Origin: Nitrospirales bacterium
GTDB taxonomy: Bacteria > Nitrospirota > Nitrospiria > Nitrospirales > UBA8639
DNA length: 64,000 nucleotides
Assembly: GCA_965223295.1 (NCBI GenBank)
Contig: CBDCWC010000003.1
Span: forward strand, 960,001-1,024,000
Direction of reading: 5' to 3'
Every line of letters begins with the position of its first letter. The stretch's first letter is position 1. This document shows positions 40,018 through 51,093 of this stretch, in pieces. A program made the position numbers and the translations under genes. The notes below the pieces were generated by a model. That model searched no databases. It was not told the DNA's origin and saw only the letters and a program-made list of their open reading frames with translations.

Positions 40018-40130
40018 GGGAGTGTTGAATAACACAAAACACCAAAGGAAAATTTTCTCACGACAACATCGAATACCAACAGCTTCCTGGGGAAATATGG
40101 CCCTTGATATCTTCATAATTCAACAGTTTC
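40018..40130. mobile_element. MITE derivative made of two inverted outer arms
   Basis: GGGAGTGTTGAATAA ... GAAATATGGCCCTTGATATCTTCATAATTCAACAG. Confidence 0.65.
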
Positions 40131-40323
40131 TGATCAGTTATTTTCACCTTTACAACCAAGGAACCAAAAGTCAAAATTGAAAGACTGTTAGAATGAAGTG
40201 TCGAGAATCATTTTGAGAAAAAATCCTAGCTTTTCACAATAGTTCCTACTCCATCGCTTAAGTAGCTTCGTTAGTGCGTTAAATAATAGGTGTCAGGAAC
40301 CTTTTATGAAGATAGTAAACTCC

Positions 40324-40752
40324 TTATGATACAGTACAATGAGGATCTGACGATTGATTGTCCTGACCATGAACTCCGCTTTCTACAGGACAATCGTAGC
40401 GAAGAATAATACGTTCTTTTCGATGTTGAGCGTCTAACTCTCGCAGTTCTCGTTCAAGTACAAGACGTTTTTGCTGGTAGTCAGCTGTACAGATCGCTGT
40501 GGCTGTCTTTTCCCAGGTAAATCCATGAATACTTTCGACGATATTATTGAGATATTCCCACACACTTTTTTCTTCATGATAGCGCCGGGCCCGAGTGATT
40601 TCCTGGACAAACGACTTCTTGCGCACCTGTTGCCGAATCCGTTCCAGGTCTTTAGAAAAATCAGCTTCTAATTGCTTGAGGGCGTCATGGATCTCTGCAC
40701 GTTCATCATGTTGCTGAGTATGGAGTTGTCGCTTTTCGGGAGCCAGTTCCAC
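40324..40752 (-). CDS. Hypothetical coiled-coil protein
   Basis: 142-aa charged helical ORF. Confidence 0.45.
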   Translation of the reverse strand: MELAPEKRQLHTQQHDERAEIHDALKQLEADFSKDLERIRQQVRKKSFVQEITRARRYHEEKSVWEYLNNIVESIHGFTWEKTATAICTADYQQKRLVLERELRELDAQHRKERIILRYDCPVESGVHGQDNQSSDPHCTVS

Positions 40753-40911
40753 ACGACACCATTATGAGAGAGAAGGCGTTCAGTGTAGCAAAAATCTTTG
40801 ATGATGCCATGTACAGGGTACAGTGTCGTGAGACCTAAAACCCTACAAGATATAGAAAGGTTCGTGAAGAGATCGTTAGATGAAGATTTGGAAAGTCAGA
40901 GACAGGACAGG

Positions 40912-41094
40912 TTAGAGGGTTTCGCGAATTTTTTGACCCTGATAGCCACTTTCGAGGACATGCTTAAAAAATCGCAAGACATCGGCCAAGTCGAACCAAA
41001 AGCCGCAATTTATGCACTTGGCATTAAACCGCCGCGACACTTTGGTGTACTGCCGCTCCACCAGCATGGCACCTTGGCATCGTATACATTTCAT
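40912..41094 (-). CDS. Small zinc-ribbon protein
   Basis: MKCIRCQGAM...CINCG. Confidence 0.7.
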   Translation of the reverse strand: MKCIRCQGAMLVERQYTKVSRRFNAKCINCGFWFDLADVLRFFKHVLESGYQGQKIRETL

Positions 41095-41166
41095 AAGAGC
41101 ATCACACCGACTTCACGACACAATAATTGGCCAAACACTTCCTAGAGACAATGAATAGTTAAGACC

Positions 41167-41367
41167 TTATCGAAGACGATTGAGAATCACCGCCACACAG
41201 CCGGCGAGCACGCCACCCCCAAAAATGGTCAGCCCCATAGAGAGAACCCCTTCCCAGGTTCCGGATGAAGACGATCCGTATATGATATCTCGCATCCCTC
41301 CCTGGACCAATAGGATAGCCAAGGTCAGCAGAGAGCCCATCCCAAACCACCATGCGAATGTTCTCAC
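41167..41367 (-). CDS. Small two-TM membrane protein
   Basis: SD GAGGAG before GTG; two hydrophobic segments. Confidence 0.7.
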   Translation of the reverse strand: MRTFAWWFGMGSLLTLAILLVQGGMRDIIYGSSSSGTWEGVLSMGLTIFGGGVLAGCVAVILNRLR

Positions 41368-41486
41368 CGTCTCCTCAAATAACTTCAGGTAACTTGGACA
41401 CCCACGCGCATGCTAGCTTCTTTCATTGGGCGCACCAACTGTACTGAGAGGTAAAACAGGATGTCAAACTAGCTGAGAATGATTCT

Positions 41487-42665
41487 TTACGAATGTGAAG
41501 CAAGGTCTTCATCCGTGCGCGTCTTGAGGCCATGATGCAAAAAAATCGACACATTACTGGATGCATTGTTGACGACAGCCAACCCAGGCTGCTCACCTCT
41601 CCCCGTGGCAATGGTCAAGGTGGTTAAGGCAAAGGGAGCATGAGGGGTAGCATAATGCCGTGGAGGATAGAGAAAGGTTCCATCGCCTTTTCCATACAAG
41701 AGTGAGATACTCCCGGATTGAATGTTGACAACGGCCACATCAGGAATCTTGTCGCCATCAAAATCTTGTGCGACGCCATGATTCGGACCAGCATCGCCCC
41801 CGGAGTCCTTCCCCTCTTGAAACGTGCCATCGCCATTGCCTAAAAACACCGTAATGGTATTCATCTCGCCATTGATCACCAGCAGGTCCAAAGCGTGGTC
41901 ACTATTAAAGTCTGCAAAAGACACACTAAGCGGCCGTTTGCCTGTCCGATAGTCTGTAGGAGACAAAAAGGTCCCATCGCCGATACCCAGCCAAATAGAC
42001 ACCGCGTGGCTCATCGGTCCGCCGTTGCTCACCGCGATATCTAAATGATTATCTGCATTGAAGTCGGCCGATGCGACCGAGGTTGGAGTATCCCCATATT
42101 CATACAGAGGTCCGACCCGAAATTTCCCATCCCCCATGCCAATGAAGACTTGGATCTTGTCGTTACGGAGTGCCACGACCATATCTGGCAAAAAGTCTTC
42201 ATTGAAATCCCCGGTCGTAATACTCACCGGGGTTCGGCGAACCATATATTGAGAACCTCTTAAAAACGTTCCGTTCCCCTGTCCTAGAAAGACCAGCGCA
42301 TGATTGTCTCCGGAACAGGCCACCACCAAATCTGAAAATTTATCTAAATTGAAATCATCAACCGCGACATTTCGCGGCTCCTGGCAAGCGGTAATAACTC
42401 GATGATCCTGAAACCCTCCATCTCCAGTACCGATGAGGAGCGAGAGGGAATTGTCTTGAATATTTGTCGTCACTAAATCCGCAAATCCGTCACCATTGAA
42501 ATCCGCACTACGAATTGACGTTGGATTTTTACCTACATGAAAATCCTTATAATGGTAGATAAGATCTGGCGGGGTATAGTCCTCCCTTTCTTGGCATCCC
42601 GCTAGCCCTAAGAGAAAGAGGCAGACAATCAGGGAGAGGAACCTGTAAAAACTATGAAACAACAT
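41487..42665 (-). CDS. FG-GAP/VCBS repeat lipoprotein
   Basis: Lipobox LAGC; about six DFNxD..D repeats with G.GDG.F. Confidence 0.9.
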   Translation of the reverse strand: MLFHSFYRFLSLIVCLFLLGLAGCQEREDYTPPDLIYHYKDFHVGKNPTSIRSADFNGDGFADLVTTNIQDNSLSLLIGTGDGGFQDHRVITACQEPRNVAVDDFNLDKFSDLVVACSGDNHALVFLGQGNGTFLRGSQYMVRRTPVSITTGDFNEDFLPDMVVALRNDKIQVFIGMGDGKFRVGPLYEYGDTPTSVASADFNADNHLDIAVSNGGPMSHAVSIWLGIGDGTFLSPTDYRTGKRPLSVSFADFNSDHALDLLVINGEMNTITVFLGNGDGTFQEGKDSGGDAGPNHGVAQDFDGDKIPDVAVVNIQSGSISLLYGKGDGTFLYPPRHYATPHAPFALTTLTIATGRGEQPGLAVVNNASSNVSIFLHHGLKTRTDEDLASHS

Positions 42666-42931
42666 TCCCAAAAACTTACCGCCTTCCCCACAGGAAAGAG
42701 AAACCATCACTGACATGAAAAAAATCCCAAAATTCGGCCCGAGTATACGGATTTCCCTAAATCTTGTAAAACAGCTCACAGAAAGAAGGCGCTGAGGGAT
42801 TTATCCTCTTGATCTATTCTCGGTTGACTGAAAAGAACCGAAGCCGAGCGCAAAAATCTACTAGCAGAGCATGACGGCTTTGTGGTATAGAATTTTTTTG
42901 GACTATTTTCGTGTTTTTGTAAGGAGGAATT

Positions 42932-43255
42932 ATGGCTGCGGGAAAAGAAAAGATCGATTTAAGCATGTATGGCGTGGCAGAAATCGTGAAGTGGTGCGTG
43001 ACTCGTAATAATGGTCGCGTTCCTGGGGTTGATACACCAGTCTTTCAAGATCTTCAAAATGCGGTGAAGGAAAAACCGGCGACAAACGACTACTATGCAT
43101 TGGACCAATTTTGGAAAACTCGGAAGGTTTTTGAATTTTCACCCGAAGAAGTCGCCACCATTGACCGCTGTCTCTATGACATACCCAACTTTGACGGGGC
43201 TCAACTTCCACAAATACGTTATAAATTCTGGCCAAAAACTGTCGTCCACCAGTAA
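42932..43255 (+). CDS. Hypothetical protein
   Basis: Strong SD AAGGAGG; terminator follows. Confidence 0.8.
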   Translation: MAAGKEKIDLSMYGVAEIVKWCVTRNNGRVPGVDTPVFQDLQNAVKEKPATNDYYALDQFWKTRKVFEFSPEEVATIDRCLYDIPNFDGAQLPQIRYKFWPKTVVHQ

Positions 43256-43276
43256 ACTTTCAAACACCCGCTCTCA

Positions 43277-43299
43277 CCCCATCAGATTATCTGATGGGG
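43277..43299. terminator. Hairpin between convergent genes
   Basis: CCCCATCAGATTATCTGATGGGG palindrome. Confidence 0.65.
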
Positions 43300-43339
43300 A
43301 TTCTTTGCATTGCCTAGTAAGCCTGTTCAATCCTTCCCC

Positions 43340-43984
43340 TTACCACCACTGCCACTCTTGCGTCATCAGGACGTGGATTCCCAAGATAAAATTTGTCGTG
43401 GCATGTGCGACCACACAGGGCCATAAACGTCTCGTTTGGTAATACAGACCATTATACGCCACTCCAGCCATCATTCCAGCTAACCATAAATTATGCTCTA
43501 ATCCAAATAACACCACCGTGGCTGCAAATGATCCAATCGTGAATGTCCCGAACGCGACTTTTTCAAAATCAGGGTTGACGACCCATCGAATCAAAAATGA
43601 GCGCCAAAAGAGTTCTTCCATCAGAGGAACAACAATGGAGGCTCCAAATATCCGGATCGCTGCTAAGCCCCATCCAACTCCTGAGCCTTCCTGAAACGGA
43701 TTATAGCCGGATACCTCGCCTTGAATGGCCCATGACCAATCCATCCTAACCCATAGGAAATAGACCAATACCCCTATACCAACCGCCCAGGCTGCTTCCT
43801 TAGCATCTAGAAACACAGGTCGCTGTAATTCTTGATATGACGACCAGAAAAATATCAATAGCCCGAGGACAATCGCCGTTTTAATCGGGTAGAGCCAAAG
43901 ATCAGCGCCTGAACCTGCCGGCAAGACACTGCTAACCGCAATGAATCCCATATAGGTTGCAAATGGAAGAACCCGTGGCCACAT
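43340..43984 (-). CDS. CPBP/Abi (CAAX protease-related) intramembrane protease
   Basis: EELFWR, FGLEH, HATTN. Confidence 0.9.
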   Translation of the reverse strand: MWPRVLPFATYMGFIAVSSVLPAGSGADLWLYPIKTAIVLGLLIFFWSSYQELQRPVFLDAKEAAWAVGIGVLVYFLWVRMDWSWAIQGEVSGYNPFQEGSGVGWGLAAIRIFGASIVVPLMEELFWRSFLIRWVVNPDFEKVAFGTFTIGSFAATVVLFGLEHNLWLAGMMAGVAYNGLYYQTRRLWPCVVAHATTNFILGIHVLMTQEWQWW

Positions 43985-44119
43985 TGTTTGAACCCTTTCA
44001 GTCTAGATCACCTATTTTTATACTTATCATTTCGCCATAGAATTAATTAGCGATGCATCTTAAACTGGTCGGAAAAACCCGAAATGGGCTCAATGGTCTG
44101 TTTGTCTAGGCCGACTGCT

Positions 44120-45673
44120 TTAGGCTTCACCCTGCAGCAAATCTAGAGGAGAGAAATCGTCTGTAAGAATCTGTCCGGGTTTCAAAGGCACGGGAGTATG
44201 GGACAAGAAATACTCTAACCCTTCGGCTGGAAATTGATTCTGATTCATCGAACGCATTAAGAGATTAACAAATTGAGATGCCTGCATTTTTTTCACTGGT
44301 TTGCCCGCAAAAAATATCAAGTTAACAGAGCCCTTTTTGGTTTTCAACCAATCAGGGCCAGCTACGCCATAGGTGGTAATATTCTCGAAAGCTAAGCCCA
44401 TTGTTGTAAATACGGCTTCTGCCCGTCGAACATTCGCGGGAGCATCGGAAGAGGCAAGGTTGACCGCAATCGCACCGTCAGGATGAACATGGTCACGCAG
44501 TTCTTCAAAAAACTCTTGAGTCGTGACATGAAAGGGAATCAAATGCCTGGCAAACACATCCACCCAAACGACATCATAACGAGTCGGATTATGACGGAGA
44601 AAGGTCCGGGCATCTTGCACCACGACATGATGATTGTCAGGTGGGGCATAGTCAAAATACTCTGCCGCCGCATCCACCACCGAAGGATCCATTTCCACGA
44701 CATCTAACTCCAGGTTGGGCCAATGCTTGGCCAACCATTTGGCAAGTGAACCGCCTCCATGACCGAGAATCAGTCCTCGGGCAGGTTTCTCCAGAATTGG
44801 TAAGATTCCCATCATCACCTGGCTATAGGGTAACGCCAAGAATGTCGGTTCCGCCTTCCACATAACTGCATGAAACGTGTTATTTAAGATGAGATAACGA
44901 AACAAATCATTCTCGCTCACCCGGACTTGTTGATAGGGACTATCTTCCTGATGAATCGCCGGAGGTAAGATGATCACCGGGTGAAAGCCCATCCAGGTTA
45001 TTCCTCCCGCGACGGCGAACATTGCCACTTGAAGTCCAAGAGAAAGTAATCGGCTTTGCAGAGTCCAAATCACTCCTAATATCATTAAGACAACGCCTAA
45101 AACCGCCACGAGAGTTGTGCTTCCCATCCAGGTCAATAAATAGAATGAGGTACCCCATGTCCCAACCAAACTTCCCATCGTAGAAACGGCGATCATCCCG
45201 CCCGTATGACGGCCGAGATGCCCCATATCAGCAATCGCAAGGCGTAAGAGCGCAGGCAACACACCACTTAACCCAAATGCAGGAATGGCTAATAGCGCAC
45301 TCGCCCCAAAGCAGGGACCCCAGCGGGGATCTTGAATCCATTGAAAGACTTGAAATACGACGGGCTGCCCGGCCCATGCCAAGAGCAGCGTCCAACTGCC
45401 AGATGCCAACAATAGCCCCGCCAACACGCGCTGGGGAGGGAACCGATCGGCGAACCATCCTCCTGCAGCATACCCGGAGCTCATAGCGGCCAGCACAACG
45501 CCAATAAGCGCTCCCCAGACGAAAAGCGAACTGCCAAACACCGGCGCCAGCAAACGGCTGCCGACGATTTCCAGCCCCATCACCACCGCACCGGTCGCAA
45601 ATGCCGTCGCAAAACACCACCATCGTGGTAGGCTAATAGGGGAAGAGGATTTGAGGGGAGGAGATGCTGTCAT
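44120..45673 (-). CDS. Fused membrane domain/spermidine synthase-like methyltransferase
   Basis: EIVGSRLLAP.FG, SPYQ, ILGHGGG, VVEMDP, LTDDFSP. Confidence 0.88.
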   Translation of the reverse strand: MTASPPLKSSSPISLPRWWCFATAFATGAVVMGLEIVGSRLLAPVFGSSLFVWGALIGVVLAAMSSGYAAGGWFADRFPPQRVLAGLLLASGSWTLLLAWAGQPVVFQVFQWIQDPRWGPCFGASALLAIPAFGLSGVLPALLRLAIADMGHLGRHTGGMIAVSTMGSLVGTWGTSFYLLTWMGSTTLVAVLGVVLMILGVIWTLQSRLLSLGLQVAMFAVAGGITWMGFHPVIILPPAIHQEDSPYQQVRVSENDLFRYLILNNTFHAVMWKAEPTFLALPYSQVMMGILPILEKPARGLILGHGGGSLAKWLAKHWPNLELDVVEMDPSVVDAAAEYFDYAPPDNHHVVVQDARTFLRHNPTRYDVVWVDVFARHLIPFHVTTQEFFEELRDHVHPDGAIAVNLASSDAPANVRRAEAVFTTMGLAFENITTYGVAGPDWLKTKKGSVNLIFFAGKPVKKMQASQFVNLLMRSMNQNQFPAEGLEYFLSHTPVPLKPGQILTDDFSPLDLLQGEA

Positions 45674-45857
45674 TCTATATACGGCTTTAGAGGCAAAAGG
45701 GAAATGATGCTAAAGCATGACCTTTAGGGTGTCAATTCGCCATATGCCGATTTTTGAATGGAATGAAATTTTTCTCTCCAACTCTCTGATTCCGCAAGAA
45801 TTCCAACGCTGTGTAAGATGGAACTCCTATCAATAATTCGGTAACATTCTTTCTCGG

Positions 45858-47483
45858 ATGACCCAATCCCCTTCATCTCCATCAAATTCAGCCTCTCCTC
45901 AAAACCAGCAAGGAGAAACACAGCAGATTAGTCGAGCCGCAGGTTTGATCGGGGCCGCCACGTTCTGTAGCCGCATTTTGGGCTTTATTCGCGACATGAT
46001 CTTAGCCAGCTTGTTTGGGGCTCATGCCGCCGCCGATGCCTTTTACATCGCCTATCGTATTCCAAATCTATTACGGGAACTGTTCGCAGAAGGCTCTATG
46101 TCTTCGGCTTTTATCCCCGTGTTTACGGAATATCATTCCACACGATCGAAACAAGAAGCTTGGGAGCTGGCCAGTGCGGCCTTTACCACGCTCCTAACAC
46201 TTGTCACCCTTGTCACGCTCCTGGGCGTTCTGGCCGCTCCAAGCCTCGTTTGGCTGTTGGCTCCGGGTCTTCATGATAACGCCGCACAACTGGCCACCAC
46301 CACGCTCCTGACACAAATCATGTTTCCGTACTTACTGTTTGTGAGCCTAGCGGCGCTCGCCATGGGCATTCTCAATGCGCTGCGTTCATTTGCCATTCCT
46401 GCCTTGGCTCCAGTGTTCTTTAATGTCTGCGTGATCGTCTTTGCGTTGGCAGTTTCTCCATTCTTTGAACAACCGATTCTGGCTGTGGCCCTGGGAATTG
46501 TCGTGGGAGGATTGGCGCAATTTCTTATGCAATTACCGGGGTTACACAAAAAAGGGTTCTTACTCTCCTGGAATTTTCATCCGACACATCCAGGCGTCAA
46601 ACGAATGGGCGTCCTGCTCATTCCTACACTTCTAGGGTTAGCCGTCACACAAATTAACTTAACGATTAGCACTATCTTAGCCTCGTATTTTGAGGGCGGG
46701 CCAACCTACTTGTTTTATGGCATGCGGCTCATCCAATTTCCGTTGGGAATATTCGGTGTGGCCATGGCCACGGCGATCTTGCCAAGCTTGTCCACACATG
46801 CCGCAAAGGGGGCACATGATGAACTGCGAGCAACGGTCAATTTTGGTTTGCGAATGGTGTTCTTTATCATTCTGCCTTCCATGGTTGGACTCATGCTTCT
46901 GAGAACGCCAATTATTCATCTGTTCTTTGAGCATGGAGCTTTTTCAGCGCTGGATACCATTGGCACGGCTTCAGCTTTGTTAGGATTCTCCGTGGGATTG
47001 TGGGCCTTCGCCAGCTATCGAATTTTAGCAATGGCTTTTTATTCGTTGCAGGACACCCGAACCCCAGCAGCCGTAGCTATTGCCTCAGTTGGACTCAACA
47101 TTGGACTATCTTTATGGCTCATGACGCCACTTGGCCATACTGGATTAGCATTGGCCGCCGGAATAGCGGCTATTGGGAATGCACTCATATTGGCGGCGAT
47201 TTTAGGTCAACGGCTACAGGGTCTATTGTGGTCCAAATTAGGTGCCTCGCTTGCTCGAACAGGACTTGCCTTGCTTCCTGTAGTTGGTCTTTGCCATTGG
47301 ATCGCTTCTCTTCCCTTATGGCAAGAAGCCGAGCACATTCCACTAAAAATAGCCTGGCTGTGCCTCACCATCGGAGGCAGTGCTCTTGGATACTTTGGCA
47401 TTCACTATCTCATGCATTCTGATGAATTGACACATCTAAAACTGATGCTTCGCCGAAGATTGCCGAAGCAATCTTCTCAATAA
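45858..47483 (+). CDS. murJ: Lipid II flippase
   Basis: SRILGFIRD, RIPNLLRELFAEG, RLIQFPLG. Confidence 0.96.
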   Translation: MTQSPSSPSNSASPQNQQGETQQISRAAGLIGAATFCSRILGFIRDMILASLFGAHAAADAFYIAYRIPNLLRELFAEGSMSSAFIPVFTEYHSTRSKQEAWELASAAFTTLLTLVTLVTLLGVLAAPSLVWLLAPGLHDNAAQLATTTLLTQIMFPYLLFVSLAALAMGILNALRSFAIPALAPVFFNVCVIVFALAVSPFFEQPILAVALGIVVGGLAQFLMQLPGLHKKGFLLSWNFHPTHPGVKRMGVLLIPTLLGLAVTQINLTISTILASYFEGGPTYLFYGMRLIQFPLGIFGVAMATAILPSLSTHAAKGAHDELRATVNFGLRMVFFIILPSMVGLMLLRTPIIHLFFEHGAFSALDTIGTASALLGFSVGLWAFASYRILAMAFYSLQDTRTPAAVAIASVGLNIGLSLWLMTPLGHTGLALAAGIAAIGNALILAAILGQRLQGLLWSKLGASLARTGLALLPVVGLCHWIASLPLWQEAEHIPLKIAWLCLTIGGSALGYFGIHYLMHSDELTHLKLMLRRRLPKQSSQ

Positions 47484-47500
47484 CCATATTCTTCATCTTC

Positions 47501-47965
47501 ATGATTGCCGTCATTCAACGAGTCACTCGCGCCTCTGCAATGGTAGACAATTTCTGCCTTGCATCCATTCGGCAAGGGCTGTTGGTGTTGCTCGGGATCT
47601 CAAAAGGGGATGGCGAACCCGATGTTCAGTTCATGGTTGACAAAATCCCTCGATTGCGGATTTTTTCTGATCCGCAGGGCCGCATGAATCATTCTCTTCA
47701 AGATATCAAGGGAGAACTGCTCCTGGTCTCTCAATTTACCCTATTGGCCAATACAACCAAAGGGCGGCGCCCCAGCTTTGAATATGCCGCTCCTCCGGAA
47801 TTGGCACAACCGCTGTACCAGAGCCTGCTGGAGCAGCTCCAATCGTTAGGCATCGTGATTCAGAGCGGACGCTTCGGTGCTTCAATGAACGTCAGCCTGG
47901 AAAATGATGGTCCTGTCACCTTGATTCTTGACAGCCGAGCCAAAGAAAGGAGAGAAAAGGGTTAA
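47501..47965 (+). CDS. dtd: D-aminoacyl-tRNA deacylase
   Basis: IQRV, SQFTL, GRRPSF, NDGPVT. Confidence 0.96.
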   Translation: MIAVIQRVTRASAMVDNFCLASIRQGLLVLLGISKGDGEPDVQFMVDKIPRLRIFSDPQGRMNHSLQDIKGELLLVSQFTLLANTTKGRRPSFEYAAPPELAQPLYQSLLEQLQSLGIVIQSGRFGASMNVSLENDGPVTLILDSRAKERREKG

Positions 47966-48044
47966 GGACCATTGCCTGTAGGCCGATAGAACTATAACAG
48001 CGCTATCTTTAGAACCTTGGAATGAGAGAAGAGGAGGGAAGAGC

Positions 48045-48611
48045 ATGACCACGCCTATCCCTGAGCAACATCCGCTGAAGCAATTATTTGGTCGATTGAC
48101 CGAACGAAATTTTTCTGAAGCCTTGGGCTGGCCGGATTTTCAAGTGACCAACTATGTCTCGAATCTTCTTCTAGAATTTATTCATACCGACCAACTCACC
48201 CGCATCAAAAACCACGAAGGCGAGCCGGTTGAAACTGTGGTGGAACTATTGTACGAAGCGGAAAGCCATAGCCAGCATTCCTCCGTCGAAAAAGAATGTG
48301 ATATTCACCGGCACATTGGCGATTTAACCTTATTTCTCGCTGGAGTGTTCCCCGAGTATTGCAGCCATATTAAATGTTCAGGACTTATTCATCATAAAGA
48401 CTTCTTGGTCGATTACGTCAAAGCTGGAAAACGCTCTTACGGGATAGTCGCGACACATCAAGACCCTCACGATAAGAACCCTCCCTCCTTGTTCCAAACC
48501 TTGTCGAGCAATTTTGAACTCTGTGTCGCTGGCCTGGGATTTGTCCGCCTAGATCTTGACCGATTCCAAGATTCATCGACTCAACAAGCTAAAACCATTC
48601 TCTACCATTGA
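48045..48611 (+). CDS. Conserved hypothetical protein
   Basis: SD GAGGAGG; HIGD.TLF..G.FPE, GKRSY. Confidence 0.75.
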   Translation: MTTPIPEQHPLKQLFGRLTERNFSEALGWPDFQVTNYVSNLLLEFIHTDQLTRIKNHEGEPVETVVELLYEAESHSQHSSVEKECDIHRHIGDLTLFLAGVFPEYCSHIKCSGLIHHKDFLVDYVKAGKRSYGIVATHQDPHDKNPPSLFQTLSSNFELCVAGLGFVRLDLDRFQDSSTQQAKTILYH

Positions 48612-48968
48612 AAATTTGAGGCTGAACTGATTTCAATCTTCAATTGCACACAACCTTCAAGAAAACAACCCAATGAATCCCTTCTGCTAGCATTGTCCGA
48701 CCTCTAATCCTACTTGTTTGCTCAACATGGTACATGCGTTTTCAAGCTCAAGGTCTTTCGCATCCATGATCAGACTGTGACAACAAGGGAAAAAATGATG
48801 TTTTTTGATAGATTCAGCTACAGAACGAACAGAATATGCCGAAATGACATAAGAAGAAAAATACGTCACATCCTTGTTTGCCTGTCCCACTGAACAAGGA
48901 GGGTAAAAATCGTCGGGACATGAGGCCTTCAGGATACCTCAAACCAGGCTTCTTCCTGAAACAATCGT

Positions 48969-50489
48969 ATGACTCCGGAACTCAAAGAAAAGCTCCAGTC
49001 TTGCCCTAATCTCCCTAGCCCTCCGACCATCGCCCTACAAGTTATTGAACTGGCGAACGATCCGGAGATTGATTTCAAGAAAATTATTCAGCTTCTAAAT
49101 TGTGATCCAGCCTTAGCCAGCAAGATTTTACGGATTGCGAATTCCCCGTTATACCCTTATGTCAAAAAAGTTGAAAATCTTCACCAAGCGATCATGGTGC
49201 TTGGCGTCAACGCCACCATTTCTCTCGCTCTGTCTTTTTCCTTAACTCAGTCGTTACAAACCACAAAAGGAGCAGGGCTGGATTATTCTCTGTACTGGAA
49301 ACGAGCAATGCTGGCTGGAATGGCCTGTCAGGTTATGGGAAGTGTCTGCCAGGTTCCCGAAATCGAAGAATTGTATTTGGCGGGGCTACTACAAGACTTA
49401 GGCATGCTGGCTCTGGATCAAGTGTTCCCTGAGCTTTATGCGACTTATACGGGACAACAAAGTCACCATGATAGCCTGGTCTCGCATGAACAGCAAACTC
49501 TCGGGATCACCCATGGGGCCGTAGGAAGCTGGCTTCTTGCTCAATGGAATCTACCGGATCGTCTGCGGTTAGCCGTGGCCGGAAGCGATGATGCTTCGCG
49601 TGTTCCCGCTCTAGATGAGCGAGCGATATTCACGTACTGCGTCTCCCTGTCGGGAATGCTGGCAGAAATCTTTTTACGGGAAACTGATGACAGTTACCTG
49701 GAAAAAGTTAAAGAACAAGCGAGGTCTCTGTTGCAACTCACGCCCGAAACGCTCATGGAGATCTTAGAAACCATCAAAGATCGTCTACCTCACACTGAGC
49801 GTATTTTCGAAACCGATTTACAAACCTGGAATAATCCTCAGGTTATTTTGGAAAGCGCCAGAGAGTCACTGTTAACCCGAAACCTCCAGGCGTTACAACA
49901 AGTCGAGGAACTCAGAATTAACAACGCCAACATGGAAGCTCAATTCCTGAACCTAGAAGAGACCCACCGGCATGACGCCCTGACTGGAACATTAACTCGA
50001 GCCCATTTGGATAAATGTTTGGACGCATCTTTCGATGAAGCTCTTGCCAATGGTGAATGCCTCACATTGATCTTTGGAGACTTGGACAAATTTAAATCTG
50101 TGAATGACACCTATGGTCATCAGGCAGGAGATATGGTTCTACAATCTGCAGCTCGCCTGCTGCTATCCAATCTTCGTACGACAGACGTCGTAGGACGTTT
50201 TGGGGGCGAAGAATTTGTCCTTGTTCTGCCAAAATCGACCACATCAGGAGCCGAAACCGTGGCTGAAAGAATTCTGTCAGCCTTTCGCACCACGACGCAT
50301 GAGATAGCCAACAAGCAAAGCCTAACTGTGACGATTTCTCTTGGAATGGCCACACATACGCCAGAGGCCCCCTATTCCAATGTCACGGATCTCCTACACC
50401 ATGCAGATGAAGCTGTCTATTACTCCAAAACACACGGCGGCAATCAGTATACGATTTACCACACGATGAAGACCGAACAGCCAGCGTAA
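48969..50489 (+). CDS. HDOD-GGDEF diguanylate cyclase
   Basis: HDOD (DPALASKILRIANS); DLDKFKSVND.YGH..GD; GGEEF; RxxD I-site. Confidence 0.93.
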   Translation: MTPELKEKLQSCPNLPSPPTIALQVIELANDPEIDFKKIIQLLNCDPALASKILRIANSPLYPYVKKVENLHQAIMVLGVNATISLALSFSLTQSLQTTKGAGLDYSLYWKRAMLAGMACQVMGSVCQVPEIEELYLAGLLQDLGMLALDQVFPELYATYTGQQSHHDSLVSHEQQTLGITHGAVGSWLLAQWNLPDRLRLAVAGSDDASRVPALDERAIFTYCVSLSGMLAEIFLRETDDSYLEKVKEQARSLLQLTPETLMEILETIKDRLPHTERIFETDLQTWNNPQVILESARESLLTRNLQALQQVEELRINNANMEAQFLNLEETHRHDALTGTLTRAHLDKCLDASFDEALANGECLTLIFGDLDKFKSVNDTYGHQAGDMVLQSAARLLLSNLRTTDVVGRFGGEEFVLVLPKSTTSGAETVAERILSAFRTTTHEIANKQSLTVTISLGMATHTPEAPYSNVTDLLHHADEAVYYSKTHGGNQYTIYHTMKTEQPA

Positions 50490-50608
50490 CATCTGCCAGC
50501 GCCCCAATCACTTTTCTATATCTTCTCTTCTCGTTTACTATATCGTACAGCCATATCGACAACGGGCCCAAGCAACGAAACATGCGATAAGGCGCCAGGA
50601 CTTCCACA

Positions 50609-51061
50609 ATGAATGCTTCTATATTTCATCTGTCCATTCCTATTCGCGACATCGAATCGACGAAAGAATTTTATGTCTCGGGCTTAGGCTGTAGCATCGG
50701 CCGACAATCTGCTGTGGCGATCACCCTAGATTTTCATGGGCATCAGATAGTGGCCCATGTGACCAACGTTTTAGAGAAACCCCAACCTAGCATCTACCCA
50801 CGACACTTTGGCCTGGTCTGTCAATCGGAAGAAGAATGGAATACATGGCAGAATCGCGCCAAAAACAATCAGCTAGAATTTTTTCGTGAGCCACGTCGCC
50901 GATTCCCTGGAACCCCACTTGAACATCTAACATTTTTCCTCAAAGATCCTTCTCATAACCTCCTTGAGTTCAAATACTATTTCAACCCGAATGCCATCTT
51001 CGGAGAACGAGGCTTTTCGGAAATTGGGGATATTGACGAACACAATTCCTCTCAAGCATAA
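50609..51061 (+). CDS. VOC/glyoxalase family protein
   Basis: FHLSI, GHQIVAH, PRHFG, DPS.NLLEFK. Confidence 0.88.
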   Translation: MNASIFHLSIPIRDIESTKEFYVSGLGCSIGRQSAVAITLDFHGHQIVAHVTNVLEKPQPSIYPRHFGLVCQSEEEWNTWQNRAKNNQLEFFREPRRRFPGTPLEHLTFFLKDPSHNLLEFKYYFNPNAIFGERGFSEIGDIDEHNSSQA

Positions 51062-51093
51062 GGCATGGCAGAAGCTCAATCACTCCTGCGAAT

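Noticed and set aside
41487-42665. Repeated DFNxD motifs as a novel repeat system
   Set aside because: These are ordinary FG-GAP/VCBS propeller repeats.
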